Assembly (NCBI RefSeq): GCF_006345805.1
Contig: NC_042999.1
Location: 159,278,001 to 159,342,000, forward strand
Origin: Octopus sinensis
Taxonomy: Eukaryota
Direction of reading: 5' to 3'
DNA length: 64,000 nucleotides
The translations under genes and the position numbers were made by a program. Of this stretch, positions 53,706-64,000 are shown one piece after another. A model generated the notes under the pieces. That model was given only the letters and a program-made list of their open reading frames with translations. It was not told where the DNA came from and searched no databases. Within the stretch, counting starts at the first letter, position 1; every line of letters starts with the position of its first letter.

Positions 53706-56525
53706 TGACATCCTCGATTAAACAAAGTCCAGCAGTGAGATAGTAATGCAACCATGGAGCGGTGTAGACATCCGGCACTTTCATACGCTGAATGAGGATA
53801 TCGTAGTCATTTAGCTTAATTTTGTTTTAGTCTCAGTTCCCGACATAACGTTTTAGTTAAAACATTGATATTTAATTCTGGATTTAAAAGACTTATGAGC
53901 CTAAATTTAACCATTATACCCTCTATTCTGTTCCAGGCTTCAGGCTAAGACATGCTACACATGTCCACTAGTAGCAACTTGCCATCATTTTCGAAGCAGC
54001 CAGTCCAATGGGCGAGTAATCCATCGTAAAACCCTGCCATCTGAAAAGGTAACCCTAGTCTCGTTAAAGCTTCTTACACTTAAATTGAGAGTAATTTAAT
54101 TATACACCAGCTGATCTTAATTGTAACAAAATACCACAAACCCCACCAAAACAAAACGACAATAGTATTAACAAAAAAAATATAACAGGTTCATAACCCG
54201 ATTCTTATTTTTCTTTAGCTCTAAAATTTTGTGAGTAATTGCGGTTTATTTCTCAAAGAAATTTCCCACATACTTAAGAAAGAGATTTTTTTTTTATCTT
54301 ACTGGATCTTTATCTGAAACTGATATTTATCTCTTTGAAGAAATATCATCGGCTTTTGCTCCCTATTTACACAAACGCTCTTCTTCCGTTACCAGTTCAT
54401 TAATTAGCGTCATGTTATTCTATGAAACAATTATGAAAGCTTAGATAAAAGAATCACATGCCACTTTGTAATTAATATTTGTTGATTTGCCACGAGAAAC
54501 ATTACACTGTTTTAGACTAATTCCTATGCATTCTCTTTTAAATGATTTACTTCCTGTGAGCGGAATTTGGTTTTGAATTAATATTGAATTAATGTAGGGC
54601 TGGTGTGTCTGATTGACGTTCTTCTGGAGAGGGAGTTTTGGATTTGCTAATTCTCTTTCACTATACATTGTTTGAATTATAAAGGGCCTCATATTCACTC
54701 ATTAACGCTATTGTATGAGAGCTTGTCCAAAGTTCAGCTCCCATCGGCTTGTTGCTGGGTTGAAACCCTCTCAGGATCAGTTTTCGTAATTGTTCTCCTT
54801 TTGTTGATTCTCATGTTTCAAAATTTTGTATGTCGAAATTTTGGATTTTCTGCACTGTTAACATTGTACTGTTAAATTTCTTCTATTGTTACTAGGAATG
54901 AAATAAAACATAACCTTAGGTTCGCCTTTTAAATGGTTTCTCAATACTCATTTCAACATTATAGTTCATCTGTCACTTTCACATAATTTCGTTTGGGTAT
55001 TAAATTATCTGCTCCCGGCAAAGTATATGCCTGCGTTTCTTTCATTTGTTCAACCATCATTATAACATTAGTACACGGAAAACTACAGTTCCTTTCAATA
55101 GCATTTTTCTGTTGTCGACAGATTTTCATTGCTAGCATTATTTTAACGGCTTTTGTTGCCGGTATTACCTCTACTTCTGTTACTATTATTGTTTTCACAC
55201 GTTTAAGTTGACGTTTTCATTTTTCAGATTAACATTGATTGCATGAAAACAGTTGCTGAAATTATTAATGCTATTTTGGCAAATTTTTTGAAACATTAGA
55301 TGCTTCTACTTTATTTCCGCCACATCTTCGTAATACAGAACACAATTTAAAACTAGAAGAAAATAAATCACAAAACAATAATTTTTTTCACCATCTTAAG
55401 AGGAAGAAATTGAACAATGAAGCTCCATTCTGTTTAAGCCATATAACAATAACATAACAAAATGAAACGTCGTTATAGAAAACAAATATTATAACAAGCC
55501 TATAGGTGAACTGCTTAAGGACAGGTCTCTAAGTATTGCAAACAAATATTAATCACAAAAAAAGGGAGCGTCGAAGAGGTCGCTCTGAATTCTGCAAACT
55601 ACAACCAAATGCCTTTATACACAAGACTGCATTCTCAAAAAGGAATGAACTGTTGGACAATTTAGCTTTAGATATAAAAAATAAGACTGAACGTCTTTTA
55701 TAATCGGTCTACTCAGTAACGGATGGCTTTCCTTAAACAACAACGACAACAATTATATTAATTGTTGGTATAATCATAAGGCATTAGAAGGATATTGTCA
55801 ATTTTACAAGCTCTAGTATTTAGCGGGTACTTGTTTTTTCAACCAAGGTTGAAACTAGAATGATCTCATTAAATCAGCAACGATAAAAGCCAAGCGTTAT
55901 AGTTTCGACTTAGAGTACCAAAAATAACCACTTCTACTATTGGCTAAAGGCCTGAAATTTATACGGAGAGGTTAGTCGATTACATCGATCCCAGTACTCA
56001 ACTGGTACTTATTTCATCGACCTGGGAGGAATTTGATCTCAGAACGTAGAGGTAGACGAAATGCCTCAAAGTATTTTGTCTGGCGTGCAATTTTTTCTGC
56101 TAGCTTTGCTGTTTTTACTTTACCAATATAATAACGATCCTTTTTGATATAGACGCACATGGCTAATTTTTATGTTAGAAAGGAAAGTCGATTATATCAA
56201 CCCCATTGCTTGGCCAGTACCATATTTTATCTAACCTCGAAACGATGAAAAGTTAAAATCGTCCTCGGCAGGATTCGAAATCATGATTTTAACAAGCAAT
56301 ATATTGAAGAAAAAAGGCAAGTAGTTAAGGAATTTATTACGCGGCTCATTTATAATTACTAGAATTAGAAGTGTACAAGCGTTTCACACACACACACACA
56401 CAGACACATATGTTGCTTTAATACATACTCTGCAAATATAATTTACGCATACATACATACACACGTACGCACATACATACATACATACATACATACATAC
56501 ATACATGCATACACATATATATATA

Positions 56526-56730
56526 TACTCAGTAATTAAGGGTTTAGCAACGATTTGCCTCATCACACACCTGCTATTTCTAAATCCGGTGTGTGGTGAG
56601 GCAAATCGTTGCTAAACCCTTAATTACTTAGTATTACTTAAACCTTCCTTTTACATGCCGAACTCTACTTGGTGAAATTAATGATTATTTCTAAATTAAT
56701 TAATTAGTTTCACCCTTTATTATTGATAAT
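56526..56730 (-). mobile_element. Family D-related short element with terminal hairpin
   Basis: 56526-56571 pairs with 56588-56633; remainder aligns with 24180-24340. Confidence 0.7.
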
Positions 56731-57750
56731 CATATATATATATATATATATATAATATGTAAATGATGTGTTGTAAATTTATGGAAAATATACACCACAC
56801 TAAGTATTGTTTCTGTCATGTCATATCTTAATTCAAATATAGCCATATATTTCCATTGGACATTTCTATACAATTTTTCCCTACACGACTTATTTGGAGT
56901 TAGAATTTCTGATCTCCTTACTCATCTATAGCGGGAACGTCTCTAAAACCTCTCTCACTTATATTTTCAAATAACCGTTATAGCCTTTAGTTTAGTTAAT
57001 ACCTAACTGCACTCACACATATCTTCCTTTCTCATAAGGATAAATATGAATCTCTTAGATCCTATTCTGCTTTTTCCTTTCTCAAGTCCTTTGTAAAAAA
57101 AAAATTCTTTATACTTCTTGCACTGAAGAGTACAGTGATATATAATTAATTTAATTTAATCTAATTAATTCTACCCAGCCATGAATTTGCCTGATTTCTA
57201 TATCGTTCTCGTATATATTTTAACACCTTCTCTTCTCCATTTTTATCAAAATTGTTGAGTTTTATGGGATTTCTTTCCCTAAATTCACAACACACCATAT
57301 ACAAGTATTATTTTCATAATACTTTGTATACGGTAGTACTAGGTTCGATGTAAGCGACTTGCCTCATCCCCTCTAAGTGCAGGCTTTGTGTCATATTTGA
57401 AACCACCACTACCATCATCATCATCATCGTTATCTTTATTATTAGAGAGATGTATGTCAATATTTAGTGTATCAATAAGTTTGTTGAATGAAAATGCATT
57501 ACGGTATTTGTTCCACATGCACGTTCTGAGTTCAAATTCTACCGGTGTCGCTTTTCCTCCTTTCGCTGTTCATAAAACAAAGAGACAGCCGGGTAATAGA
57601 ACCGATAACAATTAATCATCTCCCCTGAAGATTGATGATCTTGTGCACCTACTGAAAAACCATTGTTGTCATTGCGTTGTTCTTGTTATGGCCAAAGAAT
57701 TAGCAAAATTGTCAGAACATCAAACAAAAGGCCGTACTGTATTTGTATTA

Positions 57751-59052
57751 TCAGGTTGAATTAAAAGTAAGCAATTTTTTGAACCATGAAGAATTTGTAC
57801 TGGACTTTTGCATAGTTTTGAATTATTTTAAACATATTTTTGCAAATGTCTTATAATACAGAAATAGATTTGCCCAAATGCGTCAATAAATTAAGAGTGA
57901 TATTTTTTCACTGTTATTTCAATCATCTGAAATGGAACTGTCAAAGCACAATATTCAAGTAACTTTGCTATTCAACTTCAAAAAAGGACGTAAATAACTG
58001 AAACTACTCGAGATATCAACGAAACGTTTGGTGAAGAACTGGCCTATGAGTAGTCAGCTCGAAAATGGTTTAAACGATTTCGCATCGGAGACCTGAGACT
58101 TGAAGGTCGTGAGCGTAGTGGACGCCCATCTATCATCGATGACGGTCAATTAAAGACCGTCATTGAGAAAGATCCACGTAAAACCACTCGCGAACTGGTA
58201 AAAGAACTTCAAATTAGCCAGATAACTGCCGGCAATCATTTGCATGCAATCAGAAAATCAAAAATGCACGACAAATGGGTACCACACAATTTGAACGAAA
58301 ATCAGAAAATGCGCTGATGTGAAACATGCTCATCGCGCCTGCGCAAGCAGACCGATCCGTTTCTCGACCGATCCGTTTCTCGACCGATCCGTTTCTCGAC
58401 CGATCCGTTTCTCGACCGCATTGTAACTTGCGATGAAAATTGGATTCTGTACAATAATAAAAAAATGTTCTTTTCAGTGGTTGGACTAAAATGAAGCACC
58501 GATAACCTTCCCTAAACCCGAGCTCTTGAAAAGGAATGCTATGGTAACTGTTTGGTGGTGTACTGCTGGACTCCTCTACTATAACTTCTTAAAAACCCGG
58601 AAAAAGCAACCATTACTACAGAAACATATTGCCATGAAATTGCGAAAATGAACGAAAAACTGCTACTCCTCCGTCCCAGATTGGTCAACAGAAGAGGGCC
58701 AATCACTCTTCATGACATTCATGACAATGCTCGACCACACATTTCACTAATGACACTCCAGAAGTTGAGGGAACTTGGCCATGAAGTTCTTCCCCACTCA
58801 CTTTATTCCCTAGACCATTCTCCTACCGACTACCATTTTTTGAAGCACCTTGATGATGTCCTGCGAGAGAAGGAGTTCAAAAATAATACCGTTGCTGAAA
58901 GTGCCCTCAAGGGGTTCATCAGCTCCAGACCTCCAGATTTAATATGTTGATTGTAATGGTACTTACTCTGACGAATAAAATTCCCGTATTGTTGTAATAT
59001 ATTGTCATGAATTTCACGTTTCAAAAGGTTGCTTACATTTTACTCAGCCTGA
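57751..59052 (+). mobile_element. Full-length (~1.3 kb) inactivated mariner
   Basis: Imperfect ~33-bp TIRs; MELSKHNIQ.., WVPHNL, IVTCDENW, HDNARPH and YSLDHSPTDYHF; several stops and frameshifts. Confidence 0.92.
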
Positions 59053-60174
59053 TCGATCTTTATACTTTGTATTTATGACCTGTGATCGATTTAATCGCCT
59101 TAACCCTCAAAGACACACATTTTTAGCCTTGTGTCCGTTTCAGATATTACCATGGATACTAGAATAGCTTACCAACAAGGAGCACAATACAAATGAATAT
59201 ACCAAGATAGAGAAATATGTTCATTTTAAAAACACAAGGGAGGCTCACACTTTACCCGCAAGGGAGCAGAATTTCACAAGCCGCTGATATTGAAGCATCA
59301 GGATGTCACAAAAAAACCCTCACATAACAATTCTAAACGGTTATCTACGTAAGAAGCACGACTAACTTGAAGGTCTCGTAGGGTGAAACAAGCTATTGGC
59401 AGACTTATTTGAAAGGAATCACGAAGAGACCATTACTCAGTTTTTGACATCTATCCATGCACAAGGGCTCTGCTTTGCATTCTTCTCCAGAAATTCCTTG
59501 CAGAACCTTTAGGGATAACCTATGACTCGGGAGTAGAGGAGGAGTAAAGGTTGAATAGAGTGTGCGAGATCCTGACGAATGCATTTGGACATATATGATG
59601 TTTCAATAACTGCGGGATTTTCCATATTTTTTTTAATTATTCTTTTCAAGTTTTTGTCTTATATTATCACTTATCTTCGCATCAATAGCAAGCAGTTTTT
59701 CACCGCTCCTCTGTTTTTAGTATAACTTGCTCGTCTCATCCTACATTTGTTTGTAAATCTCTTGTTCTTAAAGTTTCATATTAATGTAATTTGTATTTAG
59801 TTGGCGTCGCTCTTTAAAACAAAGAGCGTGCGCTAATTATTGTCGTCACTGTTGCTCCTTGACGTTCAAAGTCTTTTTTCTCATAGTTTCATTACTAATT
59901 ACACAATATAAATAGCGCCTTTTGATTTTTTTACATCTGGGTATTCTTTTAACTCATTTGCAATTAACTCAATAAAGTTGAACGCTTTCTTTTAATTTTT
60001 CTCTCAGAACCGTTCAAAACTCTGGGCAAGGCATAAAAGAAAAAGAAGCAAAATTATCATCAATATCATTTGATACGAACACTGATTACTTCAGTCTTTT
60101 AGGATAAAGAGGAGCATAATACACACCTGCAAACATTTTAGTTACTAAGTAAGCAAAACAGTGAATAAGTGAAA

Positions 60175-61134
60175 CAGTTACAACACTAAAGATGGCAAGT
60201 AAATCTGTTCCACCCTTCAGTTCCACCCTTCAGAATAAACGGTAACAAATCCCCCACTTCTTAACACTTTGCCATCGATCACAGATCCAGAGATTGCATG
60301 GATGGGGTTCACGTTTTGCTTGATTCAACAGACGAACTATTACACAGGTTACGACTTTGTTATATTAAACACAAAAACCAACAGTACCACTCCATTGTCT
60401 TAAGATAAAGTTTGAGGGCCAACTCCAAGAGTAATCAGCTGGAGAGATAGTAAAACAGTGATCATCAAACAAACTTTGATTATCCGAGAAATACTTAGCA
60501 AACCTTTGTAACAAAAACATCTTTACAGGATTTTTTCATTCAAGAAAGAGAAATAAAGAATGTTACCAATGTTGATAATGCCGAAAACGGAGCGAATATT
60601 TTCATGCATAATGAAAGGATTAGAAGTAGCTCTAACAAATATGTATGAAAATATTTTGTCTGTAGACCTAGAAAGTAGCTACGAGTCGATGTGCCTAGGA
60701 TTTTTTTAATTGAGAACGAGGTGGAGGGCGGGTTACGCTGGTACGTTCCGTAGCTATCTATACATTGTCAACTTTACACTTAGACACGTGGAATATGACT
60801 ATCACTGTCAAATATATTTGCTGCCTAAACGGTAATGCGAGTTGTGCTACCAGTTACAACACCGAAGATGGCCAGTAAATTTATTCCACCCTTCAGTTCT
60901 ACCCTTCAGAATAAAACGGTGACAAATCCTCCACTTCTTAACAAAGCTTTGCCATCGATCACAGATCCACAGATTACAAGGGGGGGGTCACGTTTTGCCT
61001 GATTCAAAAGACTAACGATTGGACAGGTTATCAGTTTGTTATATCAAACACAAAAACAAACAGTACCACTCCATTGTGTTAAGATAAGGACTGAGGACCA
61101 ACTCCAAGATTAACCAGCTGGAGAGATAGTAAAA
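60175..61134. repeat. Diverged ~280-bp direct repeat pair
   Basis: 60175-60455 aligns end to end with 60851-61134; about 395-bp unique spacer. Confidence 0.85.
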
Positions 61135-61814
61135 AGCAAAGAAAAAGCAGTAGGCAACCGAAATGAATGGTAGTAGTTCGGTAGTAGTTCCTTTCCTCTG
61201 AATGATATTATGGTTTTTGAAGTGTTACTAGAGTATCGGAATGACATGCCTCAGGATTATAAAACAGACCATATGCAAGAAAGTAAAAAACCAGCCACTA
61301 TGTAAACCCTACGAGAGTAGGTTAATCGTAAGATTACGCTTTGTTCATTACAAAATACTTCTGCTTAGACTTTAACCGCGGTGTGTGCGCGTTCTTCCCC
61401 AATTTAGCTCGTGAAATCTTTCGGAATAACAGATTCATTTCAAATAACAAAGGTGAGATAACAATATAAAATTATTTGAAGTGGTGGCGTGTTGAACTTC
61501 AATTTACCTACAGTATTCCCTTATGTATATATAAAGCCGAGTGTTTTTCAAGTTTATATTTTACCTTAATTGTTTTTGTTTTCCTATAACGTTTTAATTA
61601 TTCTATAAATTTATTTGTTTTGGTCCAAACGATAAAAAACTTCACCCCGCATCTATTGAATAATGTCATTCCCTACTCCTCGTTTTCTTATATAATACAC
61701 TTATCCTATCCCATACTTTTGTAATGACTATAGATTCAGCATTATGTTTTGTATGCATTAACGAAAGTGAATGTACTGCCTTCAGTGGGAAAATAGATTC
61801 AAGAATCATCATCA

Positions 61815-61858
<44 letters not shown>

Positions 61859-64000
61859 TATCATCACCATCATCATTATCACATTATTATTATAATGATA
61901 ATTATTATTTGAAACCTTAAAGAATCAGAGTTAATTCTCCTTCCAGGTTTGCATGACAATCCCTGAATAATAACAGAAAAGTTAAATAATATGAAAATAC
62001 TAAAAATAAAGAAATAAATCACACTGGTTATCCGCAGTCTGTTTAACTATAAAAACGTTTTACATTGCTGTCAGAATTATACAAAGTTGATTTTTAAAGC
62101 AGTAACGACCTTTACAAATCTACATAGATTATGATGCATACACGTTGTATATGTCTAGATAAAAATAAAGTTGTAAATCTTTGGAAAAAGTTGAGGCCTA
62201 ACTTGAAATATAACTCAATATTCTTATTAAATTGTACAAACAGAATGCGAAAAGTTTGAAACTATATAAAAGATAGAAATTGAAAATATAATCATTTTGG
62301 ACTGTAGAAGTCCAATACATGAAATGTACATGAGTGTTTAATACCGGAAGATTTAAAAGAAAACATATATATATATACTAAAATGTATACAGAATTAATT
62401 TTCTTAAATAAAAACTATAATACAATTTTCACAGTAAAAATATTTAAATGATATAAAAATATGTAGGCTACTCACCTTATAATCTATATACTTTTAAAGG
62501 TATTTTCCCGATATACAAACATTGACCACTCCAAGTATTTCAGAGTGCTGAACTGTATCCTTATGTATCACAGCAGGCAGCATAAAACTGCAGAACTAAA
62601 GCAGATTACTAACATGATTAAAGAGACAAAAAAATGAGGTGGGTGGCTACCAAATATTTACAAAGAAATTCAAATAATCTCGGTGAAAAATTAATAGTAG
62701 CTGAATAATTTGGCTCATAAAAAGTATCTTTTCGATTATGTATAATTACTGAAGCTGAAAAACAACTTCATTACATATGCACAGACTATGCCTGAAAACA
62801 ATCCAACAAATACTCATTTTCATATGCTTTTACGATGGGGCAGCAGGAAAAAAAATGAAGGAAAATAAACGAACAAAATAGTAACTGAAAGGAATATTAT
62901 CCCATTCATACCCTGCTTCCACTTCCCATCAGTACACATCAGTCATTCATATGTATATGTTGTATTGGCTGATAACTTTACGAGAAACAATGCAACAACT
63001 ATACAAAAGCAATGTAATTCCAGTTGCTCACGGCTTTCTTTAAACTCTTTATATTATCAATTGTTCGACCAGAATTGCTTATATCTAATTCATGTTTGGA
63101 CTAAACTAGGATGCCTGCCGGTAATAATGGGAATGAAAAACAAAAGATATTGCCACATGAAAAAAAACATACTTAAGTGTTATGATTGAAAAGTTGTATA
63201 GAAATAATCTTAACCGAGAAGAGTGTTAGGTGATGCAACAATTGTGAGGATTAGAAATAGGTTTAACAGCTGGTGATAACATAGCGCTAATATACTTTAC
63301 TTTCTTCTCTTTTATTTTCACCGCACTGAATCTACCAAGTTGCTGAAAAGTATGTATTATTCTTACTGCTGCTGACAGTTCTGTTGATTGTAAGAACTTC
63401 ACTGGCACACTTTGAATCTATTCACAATTAGTAACAATTCACAAATGAAGGGAAAATACATAAAAACGCTAAACAATTCCAGTTTTCATTAGAAAATCTA
63501 AAATCATTCTTTGAGTTTAGAGTCTTAAACGAGAATGAAAACTGAAGTCGTGACGTTCATGCATTTCATACTCTTTCAATAAAGGAAAGTACTTTTGTTG
63601 AACATAGGGTTACAGAAATAAAAATAAATTTGGAGTGTTTTCTCAAGGAGAAATTGCTTTAATCTGAATTTTTTTACATTATAGCTGGTATATAAAATAA
63701 AATTATAATTAAAAAATTACAGTGGGGAATTTTTCCGAAATGGTGAAGTATTTTATATCATTTATTTCCTCACACATTGTGAAATTAAATCCATAAAAAC
63801 TCAATTTTCATTTCACTTTCTTAATTCAGTCGGTGAAATATGTAGCTGTAATATACTGAAATTGATTATATTGACTGTACACATGAAGTTATTTTTACAT
63901 TGAAGGCAGAGTGCCAAAGAAGAAAATACCAATATGTCAAACAAATTCTGAAAGAGTTGACAAAACAAAAGAAAAAAACCGAAAATACCAGATATTCTGC

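Noticed and set aside
54400-55220. Possible PLE N-terminal coding remnant on the minus strand
   Set aside because: Only one short frameshifted motif (NLSTTEK..LLKG); too degraded to call.
62470-62630. Possible upstream TMTC4 exon with a strong minus-strand donor (AAG|GTGAGT)
   Set aside because: Stops in all three frames and no clear acceptor; could be UTR but unsupported.

Overview
AT-rich, microsatellite-dense animal genomic DNA, most likely a cephalopod (Octopus-type), inferred from the tRNA-derived SINE families and repeat landscape and not proven. The only host gene I can support is a minus-strand TMTC-family O-mannosyltransferase (most like TMTC4). Two coding exons splice in frame (46257-46561 and 40799-40988); I could not find further exons. 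The rest is transposon-derived: decayed LINEs (two CR1-like, one L2/Crack-like, one RTE-like), three mariners, several MITEs, non-autonomous Helitrons (including a 3-unit head-to-tail concatemer), many SINEs and Penelope-like element (PLE) remnants. The most striking signal is a set of short non-coding foldback elements, usually abutting (TA)n tracts, that carry type I hammerhead ribozyme motifs. At least six sequence families are present, each with its own self-complementary helix III. One is a near-identical ~605-bp tandem array with one ribozyme per unit plus an inverted end, resembling a retrozyme. All ribozyme calls come from folding by eye; no activity is shown.
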